A stretch of 40,546 bases of DNA from Macrostomum lignano (lineage: Eukaryota), in assembly GCA_002269645.1 (NCBI GenBank), contig NIVC01000904.1:1-40546 (forward strand), written 5' to 3'. The notes below the pieces were generated by a model, which did no database searches, had not been told where the DNA came from, and saw nothing but the letters and a program-made list of their open reading frames with translations. Below are positions 1-12,749 of this stretch, in pieces. Each line of letters opens with the position of its first letter. The first letter of the stretch is position 1. Made by a program: the position numbers and the translations under genes.

Positions 1-2400
1 TAATGCTGGGCAACGGCTGAAAATATAAGTGCATTGGATTCGGATCGGTATACAACATCTAACTAAATCAACAAAATGCGATAAAATCTAGCTTACTTCC
101 ACTAGATCAAACTGAAATTAAACTTAAACAAATAACTTTTCTCTTTAGCATAAGTAACTTGGATTTTCGGTATGGGCTGGTTCGGCCTAGCCATTTAAAT
201 ATTTGAACCGAATAAAAGTTGCTTTTGCTGTGCTGGAAGAAGATGATTATTGAATGCAATATCTAATAGCAGATTCTGCAGATATTCTCTTTATCAAAAA
301 TGTCTATCAAAATCTCAACATAACATTTTCATTTAACTATTAAATAATAAATTTCATGATCAAGATCACATCCAAAACTATTGTGATTCCATCAAATATT
401 TTAACTAATTTGGATTAAGAGAACTTTGCAGAAATATCATACAAAATATTCCTTTTTAATGCATAAATTTACCTATTTTGATTTTACTTTAAGATAAAAG
501 CAAAATTACTGCGAATGGCTTGATATACGCTCGTATGTGTAGTAAGTAAAATATTCGTAACTACTGTTTTACTTCTTCCCAATATCATTAGGAAGAACAA
601 CTTCACTTGTGCAATATCATATCAATTTATTGAATATAAATCCACATGAATTGCGCAAGTGAAGCTTTATTGGCCGTATTGTTCAATAATTTCTTTCTGT
701 GAAAGTCTTTTTTTCAAATATAAATATAAAAGGCATTAAAAATACAGCTCTTAAGTCGAAAAATAATTAATTATACACCGAGACAAAAATTCTAGTTGTA
801 ACGAAATTTAAATATAGCTACATGTAAAAGGCGAAATCTTATGGAAAGCTAACGTACTGGCTAGAAAAAAACAATCTACATGAACACCCAAATTTCAAGT
901 CCATCTTTACTCATCTATTACTCATCTAAAAACCCTATCGCACAAAACTAAAAAATAATAAAAAAATTTTTTGACTATAGACTGATCACTAGCTCGTACA
1001 AGGTAATAAAGTACACTGGGTATAGCAAGTGTTGCTCGTAGGGTAGGCCTATAACGCATAGCTAGTTTTTGCGACTAGCCCATTGATACCAAATAAAAAT
1101 ATCAATACCAATTTATACGAGTACGACAAATTTAATTCAGACTGTCAATCAAGTAGTCACAATAACCAAAGTATTGCACAATAACAAAAATCAATCAATT
1201 ATTATTTACCGATAAAACCAAAGTTAAATAGTCTCCTAAGAATTTTACATTGACAATAGCAAGTTTAAACAAAACCAAATGTTAATAATCTGAAGAAATA
1301 CGTTTGTGCCTAAAAGCTTACCATCTAGATATGCTTTTTGATTTTTACTGATAAATTAAAAACTAGAATTAAAAGAGAACTTATAATAATTTCTGTAACG
1401 CTTATTCCGTACAAAATCGTGATGTGATCCACTTTAGGGTGACATCCGCCTATGTAACCTTATTTATAAAAGAATATACAAAAATAACTGTATCGTAGTG
1501 GCCTTTACAGTAATTGTGTATATCCATGATTATGCACAGAATTATAATCATATATTTGATAAAGATCAATGATAAAGATATAAATATTTTAAGAGGATCT
1601 GAGACGTTAATTTAGCCAACATTCACCGTTGTGTCAGAACCTTAGTCATCGCAAGCCAGGAGTTCGGTGATCTTTAGCCTTTTGTGAAGTGTGGCAGACA
1701 GTTTGTCACTGTAAGTCATAGCGAGACAGTTAGCCTTATTTTTTTAAATTCGCTTTTATTGATTGCGGCCAAACCGAGCCGATCATTCTGCACCCGCCGC
1801 CGCGTAGAGTTCGGGTGGAGAAGCCTTATTAGTTGAGTTCGGTGATAGAACAATAGCCTTTTAGTTATCGTGGTTTGTTAAATGTTAAGTAGATGGCCAG
1901 AACGTTTGCATTTGGCTTATCAGCGGTGGAATTGTGAAGTTGGGATTTAGTGAAATTGGTATTCATTTCCCAGCGATTTCACGTCTACTACACAAGTTTC
2001 TCTCAACTTTTCTGCACAGTGTATGCTTACGTACGAACTACATGTAATCTATTTACGTATATAAGGAACATTTTATTGCTTTTTTGGTTGTTTGGATACA
2101 GTTTAAATGTAAGATGCTTAGCTCTCTATGAGAGTGCATGGAACAGTGCTCGGAATACGCTTGTAAGATGTATAGTTATTTGTAGAACAGGATTTTCAAT
2201 TTTGATACATGTGTACGAGCGTACAAGTAACGCCATCTGTGATTACTTCTGACAGGTTGGTCCTAATGAAACCAAATTAAATCGGTGACTCAAGTATAGA
2301 AGCATTAGAGTCACTGAAATTACGAATAGAGCCGCGTGAAAAAACAAAAGTTCGCTCAGTTGCAAAAAAGTTTATACCAGGTATAAAAAATTTGGAGCAG

Positions 2401-2931
2401 TTAAATTTTGTCGATCAGTGAGAAGAAGTTTCGAATCTCGGTCTCGGACATGCTCACGTTGGCCATGGCCAGAGCCTTCAGGGTGCCGTTGAACATTACG
2501 CTGCTCGGAGGGCTGTGCCGCATGCCGAGGTAAAGACAAGCATTAGTGCTACTATTCACTGTGTTAAGGTCATCGTCCGGTGTCTGCACAATTTGAGCCC
2601 TCGGCAGGAACGAATCCGCTACGAAAAAGTCGTAGACGGCACCTGAGACGGTGAAGCCAATGTTCAGCCAGTCGATCGCTGGAACTGGCGGGCAGGGTGT
2701 TGCTCGGGGTGAACAGTCTGGGCAGCGACGTCCCGGTGATTTGCTTGATCGTCGAACACCGCGCCTTCGCTGCTCCACTCGACGCCAGACGGGTGCAGGC
2801 GGTTCGTGTCCTCATCGGCCTGGCACACCAGGTTCTCCAGCCGGCTCGCACCGCCGGCCAGCCACAGGTTGCTGAGCTTGGCCTTCAGCGATCGGCGATT
2901 GACGGGAAACCGGAGGTTTCAATTGGCATTC
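2401..2931 (-). CDS. Probable host terminal exon encoding a LamG/concanavalin-A-like domain (frameshifted)
   Basis: GC-rich island in AT-rich DNA. Candidate acceptor TTGCAG at about 2932, stop at 2401. Peptide WLNIGFTVSG..YDFFV..LYLGMR..FNGTLKALAMANVSMSETEIR resembles the end of a LamG/pentraxin fold. At least two frame changes are needed to join it. Confidence 0.45.
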
Positions 2932-3741
2932 CTGCAACGACGAGTTTCGGTGGTGAAGCTGAAGTTTTAATGAAGCATTTCTACATAGCAGTCACCCTGC
3001 TGTTTTACTTACCGTTAAAATTGTCCAGGTAAAGAGCCAGAAGATAGAGATAAGCTTAGGGCTTAGACTAAACTGGACTAGACTAGTCCTTTAGTCTAAA
3101 CTAGACTAAGACAAGCGTAAGGGCTGAACTCTGAAAACCCCAGGTTCTCCTCTCTGTCTTTATGTCCTCTCATTTTGATTATAAATTTCAAGCCAATAAG
3201 CCCCATCCCTGTGTTAATAAGCGTACCTGCATGATGCAGGGACTTATGAGTTATTTTGAAACGTACCTGATGCACTTTATCATAACAACTACCACTAATT
3301 GAAGTGGGGGTCCATTAATTGGAAGCGAAGCCCGGTGATGAAGGAGAGAGAGGCTGGATGAGCCACCTCGGGTTGACAGGTAGAGGCAATGACTGGGAGG
3401 GACAAACTGCCAAGGATCCCTTGATTTTGCAGCTGGACTGGCAGCTAACCAGCAACAAATTGAAAATAGAAATTTAAAAGCCGTCGCATAGTTTGAGAAC
3501 GCTTCCACTCGAAGATGCTAACTGTTAGTGGTCCCTGTAAAGCGCATGCAAAAAAAAACTTAAAACTCATAAATAATTAAAACAGCTTAATGCTTCGTTG
3601 ACTCAGGGCATAATGCACGATATTTTAGAGTGGATCAAATGCATTGGATGCATGCTTCCTGTAAAAACAAAGCAATGGAGTTGAAATAAACTGCTCTTCC
3701 AACAATGGAGGAGAATGGATGAACTTTGAAAGCGACGCTCT

Positions 3742-4150
3742 GTTGAGTACAGAGTTGAGTACTGAGTTGAGTACAGAGTTGAGTAGAGTTGAGTAAAAAG
3801 TTGAGGACAAAGTTTAGTGCAGAGTTGAGTACAGAGTTGAGTACAGAGTTGAGTGCAGTGTTGAGTACAGAGTTGAGTACAGAGTTGAGTGCAGAGTTGA
3901 GTGCAGAGTTGAGTACAGAGTTGAGTGCAGAGTTGAGTACAGAGTTGAGTGCAGAGTTGAGTACAGAGTTAAGTGCAGAGTTGAGTACAGAGTTGAGTAC
4001 AGAGTTAAGTAGAGTTAAGTAAAAAGTTGAGGACAGAGTTGAGTACAGAGTTGAGTACAGAGTTGAGTACAGAGTTGAGTGCAGAGTTGAGTGCAGAGTT
4101 GAGTACAGAGTTGAGTACAGAGTTGAGTACAGAGTTGAGTACAGAGTTAA
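3742..4150. repeat. 12-bp minisatellite (AGAGTTGAGTAC/GC)n
   Basis: Directly visible tandem array; it explains the STELSAEL and TLLNSV ORFs. Confidence 0.95.
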
Positions 4151-4239
4151 GCGCAAAGTTGAGCTGTTGAAACTCCCTATTAAAATCAAAATCGTCTCCT
4201 AACGTCCATTTAGTTTCCTGTTTAAAACAAAATCAACTG

Positions 4240-4582
4240 AGTAGTAGAAGGCATGAGGGGGCTTTTGGGACAAAATTTTTCACGTCCTCCATAATCCCAT
4301 TAAATCCATCCATATTATCCCTGACAGAATCAGAAAAAAAGGGGGGTCGCACTTGTTCACAAAACGTCCTCCATAATCCCATTAAATCCATCCATATTAT
4401 CCCTGACAGAATCAGAAAAAAGGGGGGTCGCACTTACTCCAAAAACTTCGAACATAATCCACCTAAATCCATCCATATTATCCCTGACAGAATCAGAAAA
4501 AAAGGGGAGGGGCCGCACTTGCTCCGAAAACTTCGAACATAATCCCATTAAATCCATCCATATTATCCCTGACAGAATCAGA
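4240..4582 (+). repeat. Left terminus of element 1 with about 82-bp subterminal tandem repeats (about 3.6 copies)
   Basis: AGTAGTAG start; unit ATAATCCCATTAAATCCATCCATATTATCCCTGACAGAATCAGAAAAAAAGGGG recurs at 4291, 4373, 4454 and 4539. Confidence 0.75.
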
Positions 4583-4983
4583 GCAGGTGTCCACTGATAC
4601 CTGTTATGTCACTGTGGACACCTGTTATGTTCACTGACACAGACATAATCCACTGACATCCACCCATAACATCTTCGAAACAATCAGAAAATAATCTGCA
4701 TTCTTCTCCCCACATTCAATTCGCAACGTGCTACCAGATCCCTAAGACTTTAAATCATCAGCGCAGGGTCCTTACCCTTTGAAAAAAATAAAAATGCTTC
4801 CAATCATCTCTCCAGGTTCTTATTATAGGAACTCACACTGAACAGTTCTGCCAGGCTTGTTAATGTCTACTAAGATCTATTCATACACAATGCTCTTACA
4901 TCTAAAATCAACCACTTGCAACTATTTATCTAAGGGAAAAATGTAAAACTACCCTCTAGGGCACCAGCTACAGAGCCAGCTAC

Positions 4984-5098
4984 AAATGTTCCTCAGCCGA
5001 ACAAATGTTCCTCAGCCGAACAAATGTTCCTCAGCCGAACAAATGTTCCTCAGCCGAACATTTGTTCCTCAGCCCAACAAATGTTCCGCCGCCGAACA
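4984..5098. repeat. 19-bp tandem repeat (AAATGTTCCTCAGCCGAAC), about 6 copies
   Basis: Directly visible. Confidence 0.95.
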
Positions 5099-5508
5099 TG
5101 TACAGAGCAAATATCTCTTCCCCCATACAAAAGCTTCATGCCCTCACTAACTCAGAGTACGCAGGCCCCGTATACAGAGAGAACCTCTCTTCCTATGCAC
5201 AAGCTTCTCCTCACCGCGAGCATTTATTTCTACATAGCAAGTTCTCTCTCTTTCCACTTCTCTACCTACAGTCAATCCCGCAGCACGTGTATGCTACGTA
5301 TGGCATACGTATGGCCAACCAAAACCATACCCCCGATCCTCCATTGTCCCTCGTCCCACAGCTCTTCTCAGTCTACTCAATTCTCTCCCCTTATCCCCAA
5401 AGCCAAGTCGTCTCGCCGCTATCAGGCGGACACCCCCCCCCCAAAGTCGGTCGGGTAAGGAAGAAAGCTTATTTATACAACTACTTTTGAAGAGTTACTC
5501 GGTTAAAA

Positions 5509-6282
5509 ATGTCTGACTTGTCTGTCACACCAGATCTATCTCTCTTCTCTAAAATTTTACAGCTAAATGAGTTAGCAAAATATAACAATAAACACGAACT
5601 ACTCTTATATGAAGATGATTTAATTCATTTAAAAGTTACATTAGATTGCCCGTTGGTACCTAGTTGTGGCAATTTAGAAGATCGATCAAAAAAATTAAAT
5701 GAAGAGCGCATGGATGTAGATGAGGATCAAGATCAAACAGCAAGAAAGAAAGTAAAAGTAAAGAAGCAAAAACTACGGCCAACTGGTGAGACGCTTCATC
5801 AATATCTTTGCGCAAAAGTATTTGAATTTGAAGGGGTCGATGAATTTAATCACCCCTATTCTATTGTTGATACGAATATGCCGTTATCTGTACAAGAACA
5901 ACTACAGACGGCAGTCACAAGTTTAAAAAGATGTAATAATCGTATGCTCATTGCCACATACATCTGTGGTGTATGGTTTAACCACAACGCAGCGAAATAT
6001 AGAATAGAACATCCTGAAGAAACTGTTAAATGTAAAAGTTGTGATGATCAGGTTTTGGAGTTTTTGCAACAACATGGGATAACATATGCTAAAAGCACTA
6101 TTAGAAAAATGTTGTCTCTTAGTAAAACATTACATGATTATCCTCGTTTTTTTAAGCTAAATATAACATTTGAAGAACTTTACACCTTAAAAAATGATAT
6201 TGAAGACATGTTAATGTGTTCACATCAATATAAAACCTATTGGAGTATGGGTGTTATTCAAATAAAAAAGAATAGTAAATAA
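5509..6282 (+). CDS. Hypothetical accessory protein of element 1 (257 aa)
   Basis: Uninterrupted ORF with the AAAAATG start context seen in the other viral genes; basic patch ARKKVKVKKQK; no recognised catalytic motif. Confidence 0.65.
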   Translation: MSDLSVTPDLSLFSKILQLNELAKYNNKHELLLYEDDLIHLKVTLDCPLVPSCGNLEDRSKKLNEERMDVDEDQDQTARKKVKVKKQKLRPTGETLHQYLCAKVFEFEGVDEFNHPYSIVDTNMPLSVQEQLQTAVTSLKRCNNRMLIATYICGVWFNHNAAKYRIEHPEETVKCKSCDDQVLEFLQQHGITYAKSTIRKMLSLSKTLHDYPRFFKLNITFEELYTLKNDIEDMLMCSHQYKTYWSMGVIQIKKNSK

Positions 6283-6430
6283 AAATAGTAAAAATAGTAA
6301 ATAAATATAACTTTTATTTTATTTTCTTTATCTTCTTAATAATTTTCACTTTCGCTTTCGCTTTCTTTTTCGCTTTCTTTCGCTATATCTTATGAATAAT
6401 AATAAGAAGATAATTCTCATTTTCTCTAAA

Positions 6431-6493
6431 TCTTCTTCTTCTTCTTCTTCTTCTTCTTCTTCTTCTTCTTCTTCTTCTTCTTCTTCTTCTTCT
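6431..6493. repeat. (CTT)n microsatellite
   Basis: Directly visible. Confidence 0.95.
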
Positions 6494-6777
6494 CCTCTCT
6501 TCTCTTCTCTTCTTCTCTAAATCTTCTCTTTCATGTTTCAGACAAGATTAACATTTTTTCCATCTTTAAAAGAAAAAGAAAGTAAGGAGATTGCTAATAT
6601 CAAATTACTTTTTTTCTTCTTTTAAAGATGCGCGGGCTGTAGCAGCGGCCTTCGAGTGGCAGCCTGTGTGAGTACCAAATTTGGGAAACTAACTGCTGCT
6701 CAAAAAGTATGTCTTTCATTTCTTTTTCTTTTGCTGTTATTTTCTTAAAAAGTTTCTCTTGAATTTTCTTGCTTGAA

Positions 6778-7248
6778 TCATTCTGCTCTCTCAACCCCCA
6801 GCTCTTTCAGCAGTCTTCCTAGTTCTTTCCTTGGTGCATGCAGTACAAAGCCCACCCCGCTCTCTCTCCCTGTGCACCCGCCCTCGCCTTCAACCCCCAA
6901 CCCCAATTTTGTCTTACTAAAAATAATAGCTTTAACTAGCTTCCGAGCAATAGACTCGCGAAATCCGCTTGAAGCCCCTATATTGTCGAGTCTCCTGAGC
7001 ATTTCTTTGTCCCAGCGATTCTTCTCCTCAGGAAAATCTCTATACTTAACGTCGTGCCACATGCAGACAGAGTCTAGCTCGTTCACAGGCTCATGCCCAG
7101 GATGTGGATTATTGTTTTTATCTAGCTGTATTTCAAGTGGATTCAAAGGCCCGCAATATTTATAGCCGGGAAGTGTCCAGCCTTTGTTTGGATGAGGAAG
7201 CTTTTCTATCAGTCCATGTGAATCTATTTTACCACCAGAGCGCTGCAT
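6778..7248 (-). CDS. Parvovirus-VP1-like phospholipase A2 (PLA2X) protein, intronless
   Basis: LPGYKYCGP Ca-loop, NELDSVCMWHDVKY catalytic HD, KTKLGLG end motif. ATG at 7248; a frameshifted tail may continue to about 6600. Confidence 0.9.
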   Translation of the reverse strand: MQRSGGKIDSHGLIEKLPHPNKGWTLPGYKYCGPLNPLEIQLDKNNNPHPGHEPVNELDSVCMWHDVKYRDFPEEKNRWDKEMLRRLDNIGASSGFRESIARKLVKAIIFSKTKLGLGVEGEGGCTGRESGVGFVLHAPRKELGRLLKELGVERAE

Positions 7249-7278
7249 TATTTTATTTAAAATTTTCTTTTTAAATAA

Positions 7279-8244
7279 ATGACAGATCAGAAACTTAAAA
7301 AACTCTACTACAGCGACAAAGGATTCTTTGTAGGCAAAAATGCCGTTAGTAAACTCATGGAGCTGAGTAAGGAACCAAAAGCTACAGTAGAAAAATCGCT
7401 CTCTAAGCAGGCTCTCTTTCAAGTCTATTTCCCACCAGTAAAATTTACAAGACCTCACTTTAGCATCTATAAACCTAATGAAGCGCACCAAGCAGATCTT
7501 TTGTTTCTCCCCAACGACTCAGGCTACAAGTATGCTCTTACAATTACAGACGTTGCCTCCAGATATAAGGAAGCGAGACCGCTTAAGACGAAGAAGTCAG
7601 AAGCAGTTGCAGCCGCCCTCCAAGATATTTATAAAAACTCACCCCTTAGTTACCCTGAAATCTTTATGACGGACCCGGGTAAAGAATTCATGGGTGCAGT
7701 GAAATCACTTCTACATAAGCATGACACAAAAATTCGCTATGGAAGAACTGAGCTACACAGAGACCAGGCTTTTGTGGAAAGATTCAATCTAACTCTAGCC
7801 AAGAGGCTATTCACTAAGCAGACAGCTGAAGAGCTGAAACTAAAAAGTGGTCAGTACTATACCAAGTGGTCAGACCGGCTCCCCACTGTTATAGAGCAAC
7901 TGAACAATGAAGTCACACGCATGACTGGATTGAAACCATCCCATGCAATTAAACAAGACACTGTCGAACTTAAGTCATCTCATAGAACAGACACCTCGAA
8001 CTACCCTAAGCTTCCAGGAGTTGAATCACCATACATACTGACAAACTCTGAGTTTCTACGCTTTTTATATCTACCTGGAGAGCTAGAGAAGGACACCAAA
8101 AGAAGAGCTACAGATCCATACTTCAGCCTTGATGTACATAAAATAGACAGACATTTTACCTCCGACTCCGGTGACTATTACTTTTTATCTCAGGCTTTAA
8201 CCCTAAATCCCCCACGCGGTCATTCACTAGAGCTGAACTCCTAG
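7279..8244 (+). CDS. int: Retroviral-like (rve) DDE integrase
   Basis: HQADL / MTDPGKEF / FVERFNLTL catalytic triad; YKYALTITDVASRY. The C-terminal end is probably frameshifted by a few codons. Confidence 0.95.
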   Translation: MTDQKLKKLYYSDKGFFVGKNAVSKLMELSKEPKATVEKSLSKQALFQVYFPPVKFTRPHFSIYKPNEAHQADLLFLPNDSGYKYALTITDVASRYKEARPLKTKKSEAVAAALQDIYKNSPLSYPEIFMTDPGKEFMGAVKSLLHKHDTKIRYGRTELHRDQAFVERFNLTLAKRLFTKQTAEELKLKSGQYYTKWSDRLPTVIEQLNNEVTRMTGLKPSHAIKQDTVELKSSHRTDTSNYPKLPGVESPYILTNSEFLRFLYLPGELEKDTKRRATDPYFSLDVHKIDRHFTSDSGDYYFLSQALTLNPPRGHSLELNS

Positions 8245-8289
8245 TGATACCAGCTGACACGGAAATTAATTAAAATATTAAAATAAAAA

Positions 8290-8735
8290 ATGACAAAGAT
8301 TGAAACTAGAACCTCAATAAACTCAATAAAATCATTGAATCAAAGAAACCAGGTCTTATATCAATTAAAGGTGCCAAAGTAAAAGTCGATCCCGTGCAGC
8401 AAATAGTTCAGTGTAATGAGCAAAGACACAGCATCACAGATGAAAAGTCAGGAGGAATCCTACCATTAGCAGCTCTTATTCCGATCATTGCAGGCGCTGT
8501 AAGTGCCGCAGGTGGTGTAGCTGGAGGTGTAGCAACTGCTGTTAAAGCTGGTAATGATAGAGCCCACCAGCTGGAATTGCAAAAGATTGCAAGAGATAAA
8601 GGTATAACAATTAAGGCAGGAGAGGGCTGCCCGGATTTTGATGATTGTGAGCATGAAAATTCTGTAAGCAAGTCTGACATTGTCAAAGCCATCATGACAC
8701 TGCACAATGCTGGGTTTACAATAATGCGGATGTGA
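8290..8735 (+). CDS. Adenovirus pX/mu-like core protein (frameshift near 5' end)
   Basis: KSGG-ILPLAALIPIIAGAVSAAGGVAGG resembles the adenoviral pX C-terminal segment (GGILPLLIPLIAAAIG) after a GG protease site. ATG at 8290 joins ORF 8394-8735 via a frame change. Confidence 0.75.
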
Positions 8736-8859
8736 TGAGGTTTAAAACCCCACTTTATCCAGCTTCATAAACCTAACGCTACTTATAGGATGTAGAAACA
8801 GTTCAACTTTTCTATCAGGGTGGTCACCCTCAAAAATTTTTTTTATTTTAGAGAAAAAA

Positions 8860-11800
8860 ATGCCAAAAGCTAATCCAGCAAAAGATTTAGTCAACAAATA
8901 TTTTTCAAAAGGCGTCTCATTTCAAGACAAAAGTAATTTACTAAGAGAAGCATGCAAACAAAGTTCAACACCGACCCTGGTCACCTGGGAAGCTATGAAA
9001 AACAGTTGGAAATCATCAATCAATTAGAATCCAACCAATATGCGCCTATACAAAATCCTGCAAAGGAACACCAAGAGAGGAGTCGCAACTTAGTTAACAA
9101 ATACGAAACTCTCACTGGTGAAAAAGCAAAGTACCCACAAAATAAGCAGGAACAAGAGAAATTAGAGCAATTAATCCATTTAAAAGAGTCGGAGCTTGCC
9201 ATTGAAGAGATTAATTTTGCACAGAGGAAGTTTACAGAACATTACATAGAGTACACAATCCCAATTAACGGCACCAACGGTACCACCGCAAACATCTACG
9301 ACTATAAAGACAGCATCCAATCAGTTGTTGATCACACACTCAAAACACGCAAGACTTTTAAACTACAGATATCATTCAAGATTGCGTTTTATATGCCTGC
9401 AAAACCCACTGAGCATCTCGAGTATTACATGACAACAAAGGCAAAGCCATTCACCCCTACAGACACACTGGATCCTTTCCTTCAAGATGTCACTAAGAAA
9501 ATTGAAGCGTTTACATCCAGAGGTTCCGGATGGGTCGTGGGGGATTCAAAGAGCGACTGTCATGGTCATGAAATATGACCCACTTAAAGCCTCCTCTTAT
9601 ATAGAGCTCCCGCATAAGCTAGCCGGCAAAAAAGCTTGCATAAATGTTAAAAATAAAGACAATTGCTGTGCTCTATGGGCAGTTCTTTCTGCACTTCTTT
9701 ATGATAGTGTCCCTCACCACCCCGAAAGAACCTCAAATTATCAAAATTATTTCAACTACTATCTCATCGAATGCGAAAAGAAGGGAATCAGGTTTGACAA
9801 AGGAGGCTTGGCGATCTCTCAGATCCCAAAGCTAGAAGAAGTGTTTAATAACAAAATTAGAATCACAGTCTTTGAGTGGAGTGAAAAAACTGAGAAAGTT
9901 CAACCGGTCAGATGTAGCAAAGACGTTTTAGATCCTGAGGGGAAAAGGCGGACTGAAGTGGATCTTCTAGTGATTGGTAATTTACTAGAGGAGGCTCACT
10001 ATGTTTGGATTAAAGATCTTTCAAGACTCATTCACAAGCAGTTGAATAATCATCACGAGGCTGTTGCCATCTGCCGCTTGTGCCTTAAGCATTACAGTGG
10101 ACCTGAACGCTTTGAAAAACTAGCAGAGCATGAATTATCATGCGAGGATCACCCAACAAACTGCTCTCTTCCTTCAGCTGAAGAGAAGTATCTCCGGTTT
10201 AAGAACTATCACAAGATGGAGAAGCTCCCATTTGTTGTATATGCTGATTTCGAATGCTCAATCGTGCCAGAAACTCAAAAACAAACTCAAACTCAAAAAC
10301 ATGTCCCCAATTCAGTAGCATATGCCTTTATTAATACAAAAGGACTTGTTGAGTATAATTATTTCTTTGGAGAGCAGTGTGTGGAGCAGTTTATTGCCAG
10401 AATGTTAGAGTTGCAAAAAGTGATTAGCACCCTTCAACCTGTTCCAATAAGTATGTCTGAGGAGGATGAAAGCAATTTCCTATCAGCAACTCATTGCCAC
10501 ATCTGCAGGAAACAGTTAACTTGCACTGATTTAAAAACCCCACCGTTAGGGACCACTGCCACTTTACTGGGAAATTTAGAGGTGCAGCGCATAACACCTG
10601 TAATCTAAAGCTAAAATCGAACATTCATGATCTAACGATATTTTGTCACAACGCAAAGAACTATGACATGCATTTAATAGTTGAAAAAATCGGCATGATT
10701 CCAGACATACACCTTGATTGCATCGCAGAGAACAAGGAGAAGTTTAAGTGTGTTGATATTAAACAGGATAATTCAATTACAGGTAAAATAAGACTGAAGG
10801 ATTCATATCAATTTCTAGCTGCCAGTCTAGACGAACTAAGCAAGAATCTAAAAGATGAACAATGTACATATACAAAGATGTTTGCAAGTAAAATTACAAC
10901 AGTGATGAATCATTTAAACTCCTGAGAACCAAAGGCTTCTACCCCTATGAAAATATTACTGGGTATCACGTATTTGAAGAAGGTTTACCACCACAGGAGA
11001 AGTTCTTTTCAAAGCTAACAGACTCTGGAATCTCTGACAAAGACTATGAGCACGCGAAGCATGTCTATAATTACTTTAATTGTCAAAACTTCTTCCAGTA
11101 TCACCTGCTTTACCTCTACACAGATGTGTTTCTGCTGGCCGATGTGTTTGAAACCTTCAGATACACCTGGTACACAGCATATGGCCTCGATCCAGCACAT
11201 TATGTGTCTCTGCCTGCCACTAGCTGGGAATCTTTGCTTAAAATGAAATGGGATCAAGATCCAGATTGGTACATTGAACTTCTTACAGACATTGACATGT
11301 ACAATTTTGTCGAATCGTCAAAGCGAGGGGGAATCTCAATTTGTGTTAACAGGTATGCAAAAGCAAACAATCCCTACATTGAATCTTACAATAAGGAGCA
11401 CCCTCAAACTACATTACTTACTTGGACGCTAATAATCTCTACGGGTGGGCGATGAGTCAAGATCTTCCAGTTAGAGATTTTCGATGGCTACCCTCATCAG
11501 AACTAAAGTGGGACTTTTCATTGGCTGCCATTTATGAGTTGATGTTTACATTCCACCAGAGCTTCACGACTATTTCTCTGACTTTCCACCCTTCCCAGAG
11601 AACATCAAGTGCCCGAAAATAATCGAAACTCCCAATGATAATAATGGAACTTGGCACCTGTCAGGAACAGAAAAAGAACATACAGAGAAACTAACACAGA
11701 ATCTAAACAACAAGACACGTTACAAAATCCATTACAAACTGCTTCAGTATTTTATCTCACTTGGTTGCAGGGTCACCAAAGTTCACGGGCTCTTACATTT

Positions 11801-12697
11801 ACAGAGGAAGCGTGGATGAAACCCTACATTGATAAGAACACCCAGTTTAGGACCAAAGCAACCAACGACTTTGACAAGAACCTCTTTAAGTTGGCCAACA
11901 ACTCTGTCTATGGCAAGACTCTTGAGAATGAGCGGAAAAGAACAAACCTGAAACTTGTTACCTCATCAGAGCCTGCTGTTATTCAGGCAAATATGTCAAA
12001 GCCAACATTCAAAGAACTCCATATCTTTAATAGCTACTTAGGTGTGATCATATTTTACAAAACCAAGGTGACGCTGCGCAAGCCGATCTATACAGGTGTC
12101 ACTGTTCTCGACGAATCAAAACGTCTGATGTACCAGTTCTTCTATGGCATGAAGCAGCAGTACAAGGATAAAATGAAACTCTTGTACACTGACACAGACA
12201 GTTTTATTATGGACATTCAAACAGAAGACATTTATCAGGACATGCTGCAGCAAAAAGATTTGTTTGACTTGTCTGAGTATGATGAATCTTGCAGGACACA
12301 GAATGGCGATCAAGTGTTTGACGCTACTAACAAGAAAGTGATTGGGAAAATGAAGGACGAGATTGCTGGTGACATAATCACTGAATTCATTGGGTTGAGA
12401 GCAAAGTCCTATTTTGTAAAATGTGAGTCGTCAGACCCAATTAAAAAATCAAAGGGAATTCCGAAACGTGTGGTTAGGAAGGAAATTAATGAAGCTGAAT
12501 ACAGAGACGCCTTGAATTGCAACAAAAAGACATCACATGAGTTCTCAAAGCTACAATCTAAAAACCATATTATTCACACAATTCAGCAAAAGAAGATTGG
12601 ACTGTCAGGTGCAGATAACAAGAGATTCATTTTTGATGACAATATTAACAGTCTACCGTTCGGGCATTGGAGATTAGGCTTAGGAGGTTGGGTTTAG
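8860..12697 (+). CDS. polB: Protein-primed family B DNA polymerase (pPolB), split by frameshifts
   Basis: vOTU-like DNCCALWAV...AHYVWIKD, C2H2-like finger, Exo I YADFE, CHIC/endoVII-like finger, LKDSYQF, DVFLLADVFE, DANNLYG, KLANNSVYGK, YTDTDS, KSKG. Pieces are ORFs 8952, 9487, 10668, 11126, 11422 and 11651. Confidence 0.95.
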
Positions 12698-12749
12698 GAG
12701 GTGGAGACTAGGTTTAGGTTTAAGAGAAAGTTTAATAAAACTCAAAAAA

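Noticed and set aside
1-2390. AT-rich flank including ORF 1950-2252
   Set aside because: No recognisable motif, repeat structure or coding signal.
3625-4189. ORFs with STEL/TLLNSV repeats
   Set aside because: Translation of a 12-bp minisatellite.
4233-5490. ORFs over the 82-bp and 19-bp repeats; possible CRISPR-like array
   Set aside because: Tandem repeats without unique spacers, no cas genes, eukaryotic context.
6300-6600. Poly-Glu/Lys protein from (GAA)n
   Set aside because: No consistent frame or start; treated as a microsatellite.
8860-12697. Programmed frameshifting, inteins or further introns in polB
   Set aside because: Too many breaks, also present in host exons; the fragments join into a normal-length pPolB with no large insert or group I P7 signature.
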